Origin: a virus
Length of the DNA: 64,000 bases
Reading direction: 5' to 3' (one strand)
Virus record (IMG/VR): IMGVR_UViG_3300049020_000031
Span: 1-64,000 of that record
In this document: piece after piece, positions 36,863 through 46,472 of the stretch
Layout of the letters: every line of letters starts with the position of its first letter
Position numbering within the stretch: position 1 is the first letter of the stretch
Position numbers and translations under genes: made by a program
The notes under the pieces: model-generated
Databases searched by the model: none
Told to the model about the DNA's origin: nothing
What the model saw: the letters and a program-made list of their open reading frames with translations, nothing else

Positions 36863-37812
36863 TTATGATAGTCCTTATACCATTCCACGAAATTTTTCAA
36901 ACCTTCCGCCATCGAAGTTGTCTTGCAATAGCCGATTCTGGATTGTAACTTATCAACAGACGATCTGGTGATGGAAGATTCATATACTGGCAAATCTATT
37001 TCAATAATTTCTGGTTTCTTTCCCAGTATTTCACCAATCGTCATGATCATCGACTCGACGGAAATAGATCTGCCAGATCCCAGATTGTAGATTTCGTGCG
37101 TACCGGGAACTGCCTTATCCAAGATACCAACTACCATATCAACCAGATCATCCACATATGTGAAGTCCCGTCTAGTCATTATACCACGGAGTAGAACTGG
37201 CTTGTCTTCCATGATAGCCTTGGTGAATAGCCAATATGCCATATCAGGTCGCCCCCATGGTCCGTATGCTGTGAAAAACCGCATACCTACCATAGTCCCA
37301 CCATAACTTTGGTGATGCATGTCGGCCTGTTGTTCGTTCGTGAGTTTACTCAAAGCGTAATTGCTACTGGGGAAAGTTTGATCATGTTCTTTTACTGAGC
37401 TGGTACCCGCACCGTAAACACTTGAGCTACTGGCGTAGAAGATTCTTTCTACGCCATATTTCTGGCAGGCGTCAAGTACCGCTGCCGTCCCCACGACGTT
37501 TGTTTTATACGTTCTGGCTGGATCAACCATTGATGCCGTAACTCCAGGTTGAGCGGCTAGGTGAATTACGGTCTTGATATCGTTTTCCGAAAACAACCTA
37601 TTGAGGTAATCCTGATTCGTGATGTCAGCGTAGAAGAATTTTACCTTACCACCGGTCATCAAAGAATTGAGACGATCTCGTTTTAGCTGCGGTGCGTAAT
37701 AGTTGTTCAAACTATCGACAAGAACCAGGTCCTCACCCATTGCTAGAAGTCGCTCCGAGACTGCTCTACCGATGAAACCTGCCGCCCCAGTGATTAGAAT
37801 TTTACCGTTCAT
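36859..37812 (-). CDS. NAD-dependent epimerase (UDP-glucuronate 4-epimerase-like)
   Basis: TGAAGFIG, HLAAQPGV, ASSSSVYG, YALSK, RFFTAYGPWGRPDMA, RDFTYVDD. Confidence 0.93.
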   Translation of the reverse strand: MNGKILITGAAGFIGRAVSERLLAMGEDLVLVDSLNNYYAPQLKRDRLNSLMTGGKVKFFYADITNQDYLNRLFSENDIKTVIHLAAQPGVTASMVDPARTYKTNVVGTAAVLDACQKYGVERIFYASSSSVYGAGTSSVKEHDQTFPSSNYALSKLTNEQQADMHHQSYGGTMVGMRFFTAYGPWGRPDMAYWLFTKAIMEDKPVLLRGIMTRRDFTYVDDLVDMVVGILDKAVPGTHEIYNLGSGRSISVESMIMTIGEILGKKPEIIEIDLPVYESSITRSSVDKLQSRIGYCKTTSMAEGLKNFVEWYKDYHK

Positions 37813-37933
37813 TTTTATGCCATTAGTTACCTGGAATTGTACGTTTGGCGTCAATAAATCACAATAAACATCAGATATACCGGTTTAATCTTCGAGGAAA
37901 CTCCCGTAAATAAAGGAAACTTCATCGGGGATT

Positions 37934-38602
37934 ATGATGGCAACTTATTCAACATGGTGGTATTCCAGATGGGAAAAGCTCACCACCCTTGTTTCCAGTA
38001 TCGAATGGACCAAGTTCAGATCGATAGTTCGTGGCGGCAAGAACGGCTACGACCTCACGGAAGCTGATCACGAACTCATCAAACAAAGATTGGCATCCGG
38101 TTACTACATTATCCTCACCAAGAGAGAAACCCATCTTACTACCTACTTCATCTCTCTGATGAGTTTGGTTAAGACTGGAAAGCCATCTGAATACACTCAT
38201 GCCTTGATGAATCTGGACTTGGTCGAGAATCCAGATTCTTTCGAGAAGTTCAAGCTGATGGAAGCAACCAGCAAGGGTGTGCATCTTTCATCTTTCCTGA
38301 ATGTCTTTGATTGCGATTCAGTATGTCTGCTTCAACCTAAGAATGTTAAGGAAGATCACTGGGATGAGATCATGGCCGGGTTGGCTCAGCAAATGGGAAA
38401 GAAGTACGACAACTTGTTCAATATCAACGACGACACATATGTGAGCTGCGTTGAGATGGTTCTAGATGCACTTCGTTTCAGTCCTCAGTATTGGGATGCG
38501 TTTCCACATTTGGAGGAAATGATTAAGAATGTGGGCAACTTGACTCCACAAATGTATCGAGACTGTTCTGATTTTTCAGTAGTGTTGGAAATCAAGAGAT
38601 AA
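37934..38602 (+). CDS. permuted papain-like NlpC/P60 (YiiX/YaeF-like) amidase
   Basis: His before Cys: YTHA...MEA...GKKYDNLF...SCVEMV...TPQ. Confidence 0.75.
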   Translation: MMATYSTWWYSRWEKLTTLVSSIEWTKFRSIVRGGKNGYDLTEADHELIKQRLASGYYIILTKRETHLTTYFISLMSLVKTGKPSEYTHALMNLDLVENPDSFEKFKLMEATSKGVHLSSFLNVFDCDSVCLLQPKNVKEDHWDEIMAGLAQQMGKKYDNLFNINDDTYVSCVEMVLDALRFSPQYWDAFPHLEEMIKNVGNLTPQMYRDCSDFSVVLEIKR

Positions 38603-38606
38603 AGAA

Positions 38607-38630
38607 ATAGGGGAGCAAACGCTCCCCTAT
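38607..38630. terminator. terminator hairpin between convergent genes
   Basis: ATAGGGGAGC-AAAC-GCTCCCCTAT. Confidence 0.7.
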
Positions 38631-38923
38631 CCCAATTTGGTCCCATAACCATCCCACCTTAGATAGAACGTCGTCGCATCTTCCTTGTGGTCGAAATAAA
38701 CGGTGTGGCTTGTGATTACATCATCATTGAACCAATAATTTGATGGCTTTTCAAAATCCCTACAAAGAACCGTGTCTAGATTATCTGATAAGAATTGTTC
38801 CAATTCTTTGCGATCTTCTTCGGTTGTTGGGACGGGGATGATGACGAGGAATTTGTCGTCAAGATGCTTATTTCGTGGTTGATATGAATAGCTGTTAGCC
38901 ACGATGCTCTTCCAGATTGCCAC
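38627..38923 (-). CDS. hypothetical protein (FKL-tail family)
   Basis: FDHKEDATTFYLRWDG. Confidence 0.68.
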   Translation of the reverse strand: MAIWKSIVANSYSYQPRNKHLDDKFLVIIPVPTTEEDRKELEQFLSDNLDTVLCRDFEKPSNYWFNDDVITSHTVYFDHKEDATTFYLRWDGYGTKLG

Positions 38924-38924
38924 T

Positions 38925-39230
38925 TCAAATATCCAGTGATAGTTTGAATCTCACTAGAGATTCAGCCCACATAAAATAGAAATCCGTGTAGCCTGCTGCG
39001 TTCTTGATCATTCTATAGGGTTTACACGTATCAAGGATTTCTTTGATTTCTGGCTTCAATACTGCCAATGAAGATGAGTAATGGGGGTTTATACTAGTGT
39101 GCAGACCCCAGATGTAGCCAAGTTCTGGTTCGAACAACCGATCGCGCTTTGGTTCATCAACTCGGATGTGAAACCCATCCCGGAAATTTCTCCGAAACTT
39201 CTTCTCTTGAAAATAGTGGCTAGTGGTCAT
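38925..39230 (-). CDS. hypothetical protein (FKL-tail family)
   Basis: EILDTCKPY...FMWAESLVRFKL. Confidence 0.68.
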   Translation of the reverse strand: MTTSHYFQEKKFRRNFRDGFHIRVDEPKRDRLFEPELGYIWGLHTSINPHYSSSLAVLKPEIKEILDTCKPYRMIKNAAGYTDFYFMWAESLVRFKLSLDI

Positions 39231-39245
39231 CTTGCCAGTGTAACA

Positions 39246-39605
39246 TCAATCTAATGATCCATTACCACCAAACATCAACTTAAACTTGATGGCATCTGAG
39301 GAATCCAGAAACCATATAGTCTTCGTCACATCAAGTCGAGTATTGGTGGTGTGGGAGTACCATCTGATGATTTTGAATGGTTGACATTCACTTAGGAAAA
39401 CTAACACGTCCTCGGAAAAATCAATGATCATCATCAATTCTTTCAACGAATAAGTTCGTATCCAGGTGATAGTTTTTGGAGGGAGTTCACTCCAATCACC
39501 GTTGAAATTGAACTTGTTCTCTTCAGTGATGTGAACGCATGATGCGCCAACCAGTTGTGGGCGAATAAGGAAAAGAACTTCTTTGCAGATACGAATAATA
39601 TTCAT
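39246..39605 (-). CDS. hypothetical protein (FKL-tail family)
   Basis: FLSECQPF...FLDSSDAIKFKLMFGG. Confidence 0.7.
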   Translation of the reverse strand: MNIIRICKEVLFLIRPQLVGASCVHITEENKFNFNGDWSELPPKTITWIRTYSLKELMMIIDFSEDVLVFLSECQPFKIIRWYSHTTNTRLDVTKTIWFLDSSDAIKFKLMFGGNGSLD

Positions 39606-39629
39606 ATGTGCATGATAGCACCATTCCAA

Positions 39630-39785
39630 ATAGGAGAGCCCCTAATGGCGTTAGGGGCTCAACGTAGCCTTCACAAAAGAGGGGGTAGCTGTCCCTCTTT
39701 GTCTCGCGTGCTACCGCGAGTTTGACACCTGCATCGCTATAACATAACGGTCCTAAGGTGAAACTTTTTGGTTATTGCTAACCTT
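39630..39785 (-). ncRNA. candidate structured small RNA with 23S rRNA H69/H70-complementary segment
   Basis: TAAATA box (39791-39796, minus), four hairpins ending in GAGCCCCTAA/TTAGGGGCTC, no ORF; plus strand ATAACGGTCCTAAGGT at 39744-39759. Confidence 0.6.
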
Positions 39786-39796
39786 CAATCTATTTA

Positions 39797-40213
39797 TTAT
39801 CCAATGTAGGTAATCTTGTCATAAACCGGCCCCTTGTCGTCACCACTGAATGCCAATTTGAAACAGATCAGATCATGCATTGAGATGAAATACAATGGAT
39901 AGACAATTGCGAAGCAATCCCTTGCGTGGCCGGATATCTTAATTTCTTCAGAGGACGAAGGCTTGACATCATACTGTTTTCCCATCTCATATCCCTGACA
40001 AGACTCAAGGAAATCATGTATTTCTGGTTTCCATCCATACTCCAATCCATATTCCAAATTCATACCGTTATGATATGAATTGAAAACTCGGTTGCCATTC
40101 TGATAATTGATGTAGTCGTGTTGATAGATGGGATAAAGATGACCAAACACTCTGGGAAGAAGGCGAAACAACCGTAGATGAATAGCTGCCTTGATCTCTA
40201 GGAATGTTTTCAT
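39797..40213 (-). CDS. hypothetical protein (FKL-tail family)
   Basis: KPEIHDFLESCQGY...FISMHDLICFKLAFSG. Confidence 0.7.
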   Translation of the reverse strand: MKTFLEIKAAIHLRLFRLLPRVFGHLYPIYQHDYINYQNGNRVFNSYHNGMNLEYGLEYGWKPEIHDFLESCQGYEMGKQYDVKPSSSEEIKISGHARDCFAIVYPLYFISMHDLICFKLAFSGDDKGPVYDKITYIG

Positions 40214-40238
40214 GTTTGGTATGATAGCATCATCGTGA

Positions 40239-40265
40239 AAAAGCCACTATTTTGTAGTGGCTTTT
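40239..40265 (-). terminator. intrinsic terminator
   Basis: AAAAGCCACTA-TTTTG-TAGTGGCTTTT. Confidence 0.72.
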
Positions 40266-40278
40266 GTGGGGAACTTAT

Positions 40279-40665
40279 TTAATAAGGATCGTATGAATCA
40301 CGATCATCATATTGATCAGACTTGGAATCTGCATCTTCCCAAGCCTTCTCACCCAATTGATTCATCACCGCTGGGGGAACTGCATCCGTGATGTCTTCAC
40401 CAGTGGAAAGACGGAAGACTGAAAGGCTTTCCAGTTCCGGATATTCCGCTGGGTGACTGTCACCCGGATCTGCGGTAATCTTTGCTGGGCGATACTTTCC
40501 AGATATGGAATAGTTGATGCCCACATCAAACTCTTCCTCATAATCAGGATCATTGCCCGGATCTTTGAATGGGTTATCGATTGTCCAGTTAAAGTCGTAA
40601 CGTGCTGGAGCTTCAGAAAGACCTTGAATAAGGTCCATGCTTTCTCTTAGGGAAATTCTTTTCAT
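40279..40665 (-). CDS. acidic protein, putative internal virion protein
   Basis: N-terminus MKRISLRESMDLIQGLSEA (L-x-E sites); late operon. Confidence 0.7.
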   Translation of the reverse strand: MKRISLRESMDLIQGLSEAPARYDFNWTIDNPFKDPGNDPDYEEEFDVGINYSISGKYRPAKITADPGDSHPAEYPELESLSVFRLSTGEDITDAVPPAVMNQLGEKAWEDADSKSDQYDDRDSYDPY

Positions 40666-41387
40666 TATGATACCGCAATGTTGAGGCCTGGTTCGCCCAT
40701 ACTAACACGTTCGCTCTTGTCGCCCACGATGCTATCGAAGACCAGTTTGAATGTGAGATGACCGTAATCACGATCATGGCTCAGATAATCCAAAGTGTAG
40801 CGACCGTTAGGTTGGAGACCCAAGTCTTGGATTTGTTTCCCCGTCAGAGAGGAACTATAGAGAGTGGTGGCCTTACCATCTTCACCTTCAGTGCTTCCAC
40901 CCATTCTGCGATGGAGCTTGGTGAATTGATCGGGACCAGTGCCGTAAACTTCGCCACCGAATGCATCCAAGTATTCAGCACCACAAAGAATCAACACTAC
41001 TTCACCACCCCTGCGAGTGATACGAACACCAGTCACACCGTGACTGAATTCGCTGTTGTCCTTGATGATCTGATTAGTGAATGCTGCATTGTAGTCGATA
41101 GTGGCCTTGCTTGCGCCTAGGGCTCTTTTATCGTGCTCCATGTGCTTATCAATCTGCGTTTGCACATTCCTAACTGCTTCATCAGCAGTTGTGCCCTGGC
41201 CAATTGGTGCATTGGGGTTACGGGGATGTGAACCCATAGCCTTGAATGTCTTCCCATCAACCTCTGGCTTCAGCTTTGCTTTGATGGTCCAAGCGCCGTA
41301 CTTTACTTCCTTGATTGGAATTTCAGGCTTTTTCTTTGGGGCTTCTTTGATTGCTCTAGGAGCATCAAACAATTCAAATAGTTTCAT
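40665..41387 (-). CDS. putative internal virion protein
   Basis: MKLFELF...IKEA leader; RBS AAGGAG. Confidence 0.72.
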   Translation of the reverse strand: MKLFELFDAPRAIKEAPKKKPEIPIKEVKYGAWTIKAKLKPEVDGKTFKAMGSHPRNPNAPIGQGTTADEAVRNVQTQIDKHMEHDKRALGASKATIDYNAAFTNQIIKDNSEFSHGVTGVRITRRGGEVVLILCGAEYLDAFGGEVYGTGPDQFTKLHRRMGGSTEGEDGKATTLYSSSLTGKQIQDLGLQPNGRYTLDYLSHDRDYGHLTFKLVFDSIVGDKSERVSMGEPGLNIAVS

Positions 41388-41402
41388 TATCCCGGCTCCT
41401 TA

Positions 41403-42803
41403 TTAGACTTGCCATTCTCTGGAGCGGGCTTCGTCTTCCAATTCTTGACCGAATTGCATCAAAGCCATTGTTTCCGGACTTGATGAGTCACGGATATGGT
41501 TCTTAGCAATCTTCCAGTGGTTCAAGTATTGTTCCAATTCTGCGTCATCCAATGTGGCAGCAACAGGATACATGCTTTCCGCTGCATCTTCATATTCGGT
41601 AAGACCCTGATTGTCGTCACCCATTTCCAAATCTTCGTCTTCCAGGCTGAGTTCTTTCTGGTTTGCAACTTGCTGGTATTCATAGTCGCTCTTCAACATG
41701 GCAACCGCGTCACTGTAATTCTTGGGTTCACGATGCCATTGCAACTTCTTACCAGCACTATTAACCATGGAGATGGTTTCACGACCATCTTGAACGGCAC
41801 GCCAGATGTAAACTTTTGATCCTTCATGGGTTTGCCATGTGGAGATCAATGCTGGCTCATCCATGGACTTTTGCGTACCATGATTCTGAGCTATACCTTG
41901 GTCATATGGCGTCTTCTTGGTTTGGAAATCACGACCAACCTTGTCATATGCACTGGAGCCGTATTCGTCAACCAATTGTTCTTCCAAGGACTTTTCACCG
42001 TCTTTCTTATCGCCGCACTTGTCACAAACATGATAGTCGTCGCTATCGATTTTTGCACCACATTCCGTGCATTCGTTGCGATCGTCTTGTTTGGCTTCAG
42101 CAAATGCTTGCCAAGGGGACTTGCTTTCTGGAGCTGCCCAACGCATGTCAACGTTTGATTCCAAGGCAGTGATGGATTCGCCCAGAGCAGCTTGCGCCTT
42201 CAGGGAGTCCAGCTTGGAGTCATATTTTCCAGCCCAGTTGCTAACCGCAGCGGCGAATTTGGCAAACTTTGCCTTCAACTCATCCCAGAATCCTTCGTTG
42301 AGTGATTCTTCTGTGGCTACTGGCTTGATGGACAGAGCGGGTTCTTTATTAGTGACGGATTTGTATTTTTCCTTCAGAGATTCCATGACCTTGATCAGCT
42401 CAGGAGTCAGGCTGGATTCAAGTTCACCAAGAATCTTAGCATACGAATATGTTTCTGTGGCTTTGGGATTCTTGGTCAATGTGAAGATGAAACTGCAAGT
42501 TTCCACGATACGGGTTCTAACCACGTCGTCAGCTGAAAACAAATCAGCAACCTTTTCTCTGCCCAATTGCTTTACTTCTTCTTTGAGCGCCTTGGCTTCT
42601 TTTTCCAATTCGGAAATACGTTCAATCTTCTGTGCCAATTTGGTGTATGACTGGCTGTCATAGCTCTTGAGTGTGGCAACCACTTTGTCTGGTGTCGACA
42701 CATATTGAATGTCTGGTGAAGCAGCGCGACCATCATCACCTCTAGGCAGAGCAGGAGCGGTGTCTTCCATCAAATTCATGAACTTGCGGATATCGTTTGT
42801 CAT
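41403..42803 (-). CDS. multi-segment protein, putative internal virion protein
   Basis: MTNDIRKFMNLMED; repeated LNE/LGE/LEE/LTE; CTEC..CDKC zinc ribbon; TATAAATA upstream. Confidence 0.75.
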   Translation of the reverse strand: MTNDIRKFMNLMEDTAPALPRGDDGRAASPDIQYVSTPDKVVATLKSYDSQSYTKLAQKIERISELEKEAKALKEEVKQLGREKVADLFSADDVVRTRIVETCSFIFTLTKNPKATETYSYAKILGELESSLTPELIKVMESLKEKYKSVTNKEPALSIKPVATEESLNEGFWDELKAKFAKFAAAVSNWAGKYDSKLDSLKAQAALGESITALESNVDMRWAAPESKSPWQAFAEAKQDDRNECTECGAKIDSDDYHVCDKCGDKKDGEKSLEEQLVDEYGSSAYDKVGRDFQTKKTPYDQGIAQNHGTQKSMDEPALISTWQTHEGSKVYIWRAVQDGRETISMVNSAGKKLQWHREPKNYSDAVAMLKSDYEYQQVANQKELSLEDEDLEMGDDNQGLTEYEDAAESMYPVAATLDDAELEQYLNHWKIAKNHIRDSSSPETMALMQFGQELEDEARSREWQV

Positions 42804-42881
42804 ATAGGATCCTTGAAATTTCGACTGGCAAAACACTTCCAGTTAACTCGTGTTATTTATACGCAGACGAAAGTTCGTGGC

Positions 42882-44438
42882 TCAGGAACGATGCACGTAT
42901 CGTTTCCCCATATGGTTATATCCCTCTGCCGTGATTCCTCGATGTTTCTCGATTCGATGAATCAAATCTGCGAATTTCTTTTGTCTGTCTAGTTGCGAAT
43001 GTATGGCAATCGTTCGTATTTCGCAAAATAATTGGCCAAAATTTACATAGACGTCGGTCTGGCCCGTAAACGACAATTCACTATCTGAGTGTATGACCGT
43101 GACCTCCATTCTGGCGTATTTGTCTAGGGCCCGTTTGAATTCCAGCTCCCCACCAAACTCCTTGATGGTATTCTCCCAGAGAACCCTCCGAACATTCTCA
43201 TCAAGACCAATTCGATATTGCGCCATCAATGAATCCACAAATTCATGATGCCTGTCATATCCAGTACGAAGCTGTTGGCAATTTTCCCTAGCGGGGTTGT
43301 TTCTCAGATAGATCACTTTCGTACCATCATTAGTGCGATTGTAGTGAAGGAGCTTGATGGTATCAATGATTGGCAGTGTGGAATAAAATACGCCTATATC
43401 AATCTGCCGCCTATTTTTCAAAATCGAAGATCGAAAGCCATAACTCATCAAGTTGCCAGCAGTTTGCTTTCCTGGTTTATGGTTTGTATCGGATGCTACC
43501 AACCATTCTGCCCAATTGGATGATTCCAAATCATTATCGGAAAGTGATGCCAGTTTCAAATCAACTTTGTTGTTGATTGAGTGGAAGGCATTGTGGTAAT
43601 AGACTCGATTGGTATCTAACCAAACTTGAAGAATAGTAGAATTGATACTCCCTTGATTTGGTAAACCAGTAGATACCCCGGGTTGATCTCGATTCAACAA
43701 GTCTCGGATCATGACGGGTTCGTGTTGACCCCAGGTAGCGTCAGGACCGGTATAGGTTTTACTGTTCCAGAGTGCGTAATAATCACCGTTCAGGAGGCTG
43801 GGATTGCTGCCATCAAATGCCGCTTCTCTATTTCCATAGAAGGGTTCAGAGCAATTATCTGCCAACATGATAAGTCTGAACCATTGTTGATCAGCTGATA
43901 GATTATTATTCTGGTGTACATCAGTTCCATCATTTTTGAACTTGTTCACAAAATAAATTGGCATGTTCAAATAGTTGTTGAAGCTACTTCCTCCAAGATA
44001 TTGAAACTTGATATCTCTGAGAAAGATCGAAGCAACCAGAGAATTCATATCCTTGGCGACACCTACCGAGAAGAGGACATTTTCTGATGGATCGTACCAA
44101 GTGTTCGTCTTTGAAACAAAGTAAGCACTCGGTGTATCATCAGGTTCCGTGTTATCGCCGTCACTGCGATACACTGCACCATGTGGGTAGGTGGTTGCAC
44201 AAAACAATTGTTTCAGATCCACATTGGGTTTCATCAAGATGCCAGTTTCAACTGCTATCAACCGTTTGTTCGGTGAACGCTCGAACCCCTTCATCATTGA
44301 ACCAAAGTCATCAAAAAAGTGAATCGTTTGGGCGCCAACTTTATACAAACTTGATGCGGTGAGATCTTCCACTCGCTCTTGGATAAAGGAATCCAAATGA
44401 CGAGTCTTTATGACAGCAAAGAATACGTCTCCGTACAT
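42882..44438 (-). CDS. hypothetical protein
   Basis: about 518 aa uninterrupted ORF. Confidence 0.75.
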   Translation of the reverse strand: MYGDVFFAVIKTRHLDSFIQERVEDLTASSLYKVGAQTIHFFDDFGSMMKGFERSPNKRLIAVETGILMKPNVDLKQLFCATTYPHGAVYRSDGDNTEPDDTPSAYFVSKTNTWYDPSENVLFSVGVAKDMNSLVASIFLRDIKFQYLGGSSFNNYLNMPIYFVNKFKNDGTDVHQNNNLSADQQWFRLIMLADNCSEPFYGNREAAFDGSNPSLLNGDYYALWNSKTYTGPDATWGQHEPVMIRDLLNRDQPGVSTGLPNQGSINSTILQVWLDTNRVYYHNAFHSINNKVDLKLASLSDNDLESSNWAEWLVASDTNHKPGKQTAGNLMSYGFRSSILKNRRQIDIGVFYSTLPIIDTIKLLHYNRTNDGTKVIYLRNNPARENCQQLRTGYDRHHEFVDSLMAQYRIGLDENVRRVLWENTIKEFGGELEFKRALDKYARMEVTVIHSDSELSFTGQTDVYVNFGQLFCEIRTIAIHSQLDRQKKFADLIHRIEKHRGITAEGYNHMGKRYVHRS

Positions 44439-44663
44439 CATTTGATATCAAGAAAATGCAAGAGCCAGAATTATGATAGCCAACAGAAAGATTACTCCGG
44501 TGAGAAACGGAATCAGAGTGGCGTCCTTGGTGTGGTTGTTATTTTTCATATAAAGAATCCATCAGTGGGGGATTGGGGAAAGTTGAAATCGTCAAGGGTG
44601 AAGTCGGCAGATTCTTTGGTGATCCAGGCCCAATTCACATATGCGATTACCAACAGAATGATC

Positions 44664-45158
44664 TCAAAGGTCATGAGCTATACCACTATTGAACATGACC
44701 GGCGTTACGATTGATCCTGACCAAAATCTAAGACTCACACCACAATCAGCCATCATCTCCTTGGCATAATTGATAGACTCTGACCACCTGGAGTCCACGT
44801 TATTCTTGGGGTGTTCGGCGTGTAGGATGATTTCCGTGAGACCGCTTTGGATGATGCCTCGAGCACAATCGGAACAGGGACACCAGGGAGAATAAATCTT
44901 GCAGCCCTTTATGCTCACACCCATTCTGGCTGCGTTATAAATGGCATTTCGTTCCGCGTGTTCAAAGAAGGCGTATTTCTTTGGACGCTCATGAATATCT
45001 TCACGATTGTCATCAATGCCTCGTACTGGGCTGTTATATCCAGTCGATCTGATTTCATTGTCAGGACCGACGATAATAGCACCAACTTTGGTGCTTCTGT
45101 CCTTGCTTTTCATCGAAGCCAGATACGCCTGGCTCATAAAATATTGGTCCCAATCCAT
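44664..45158 (-). CDS. dCMP deaminase family protein
   Basis: SKDRSTKVGA, TGYN, HAERNA, PCSDC. Confidence 0.92.
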   Translation of the reverse strand: MDWDQYFMSQAYLASMKSKDRSTKVGAIIVGPDNEIRSTGYNSPVRGIDDNREDIHERPKKYAFFEHAERNAIYNAARMGVSIKGCKIYSPWCPCSDCARGIIQSGLTEIILHAEHPKNNVDSRWSESINYAKEMMADCGVSLRFWSGSIVTPVMFNSGIAHDL

Positions 45159-45224
45159 TGTTCTGCCGTAAAAAGAGCGGAGTTATTTCCGCTCTTATTG
45201 TGGCAGTGGTATCAACTTACCGCA

Positions 45225-45491
45225 TTATTTTTCCATGTTCTTTTTCAACTTGTCAAACAGTTCCCAGAAATCACTAAGATCGCCCAAACTAAGATCACGG
45301 ATGCGAAGGGCTCGCATGTTCGTCTGGTCACATGGAGCTGGAATAGGCTCGCCTACATACAAACGACCATCACCGTATTCTTCAATAGTGCGGCAGTACA
45401 GGTGGATTCGTTCGATATCAAAATTGGTAACACCGTTACCACCTTGAGAGAAATGTTCTAGATGTTTGGTTTGACGAGAGACTCCGGACAT
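45225..45491 (-). CDS. hypothetical protein
   Basis: 88 aa; RBS GAGG. Confidence 0.65.
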   Translation of the reverse strand: MSGVSRQTKHLEHFSQGGNGVTNFDIERIHLYCRTIEEYGDGRLYVGEPIPAPCDQTNMRALRIRDLSLGDLSDFWELFDKLKKNMEK

Positions 45492-45493
45492 GT

Positions 45494-45697
45494 TTAATCC
45501 TCTGTACGTTTATGGTTACCAAATAAGATATCAAGCAACAAGGTCACGATGACAATTGGCGCAACAATTGTCAGAATAATGATAATCAACTCCGAAGTCA
45601 AGGCAGGAATTTCTTTTGGCACCGGATTCATCTTTCGGATGACAATCGAACCAAGGATAAGGTAGACCAAAGCCAGGATGAGAAAAGTTATGTCCAT
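45494..45697 (-). CDS. small two-TM membrane protein
   Basis: two hydrophobic segments. Confidence 0.65.
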   Translation of the reverse strand: MDITFLILALVYLILGSIVIRKMNPVPKEIPALTSELIIIILTIVAPIVIVTLLLDILFGNHKRTED

Positions 45698-45698
45698 A

Positions 45699-46409
45699 TC
45701 AGGTATTTCTAAGAGCGTTTCTGATCCGCTCCTCTGTTGTTTTATATAAGGTTTCCGTTATTGGACATTGCACGATGAACTTCCAAATTCTGGCTCTGGG
45801 TTGGTATGTGATGATCTGCAATTTTCCAAACTTAGGGCTCTGATAAAATTTACCCAGCCATTCATGTTCGTGTCTGATCGATATCTTGGCAACCGGGGCA
45901 CCCAGCGCTTCTTTGTCAACAAGCGTATTTACAAATTCATCCCTGAATTGAACGTAGATGTTCTTGAAAAAATCTCCATGATCACCGGACCAATTACCCA
46001 ATCCCTGAAATGCGTTAGGGGAAGCCAACGCAAGTTTGTTGGATCTACCATTGAGAGAAAACTGCACGACGTGGCTGTATTCATGAGCCATTAAAGTAGT
46101 GACATAGACTCGCCAGTCACTTGATGCCACATTCCCAATCCTCTTGTGTTTCGAGTATCGAGCGTATTCAGGGAAACCATGGGGGCGGTATTTTTGAAGC
46201 ACACCCAGATACAAAGTCATTGAGGGGCGATTCATGGAATCCACCCCACCGAAAGAACGACCCGTAGTATCTTTGAAATCAAGTTTAATTTGTGGTACCC
46301 AGTCATCCGGGAGATCAAACTGTTCTCTGGAAAATACGTTCATCATATACGCATTTTCATATACGAGGGTCGTCAACTCTTGTTGTGACGGGAATGAATC
46401 TTCGTTCAT
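45699..46409 (-). CDS. SprT-like HEXXH metallopeptidase domain protein
   Basis: AHEYSH...HGDFF. Confidence 0.7.
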   Translation of the reverse strand: MNEDSFPSQQELTTLVYENAYMMNVFSREQFDLPDDWVPQIKLDFKDTTGRSFGGVDSMNRPSMTLYLGVLQKYRPHGFPEYARYSKHKRIGNVASSDWRVYVTTLMAHEYSHVVQFSLNGRSNKLALASPNAFQGLGNWSGDHGDFFKNIYVQFRDEFVNTLVDKEALGAPVAKISIRHEHEWLGKFYQSPKFGKLQIITYQPRARIWKFIVQCPITETLYKTTEERIRNALRNT

Positions 46410-46472
46410 GTTTGCTTGCAAAAGAATACTGCTGTAAGTAAGCTAAACGTTCCAAAATCAATGGAGCGCTTT

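Noticed and set aside
39740-39760. rRNA gene fragment or contamination
   Set aside because: The match is only about 20 nt and the flanks are not rRNA-like; retained only as the sRNA hypothesis.
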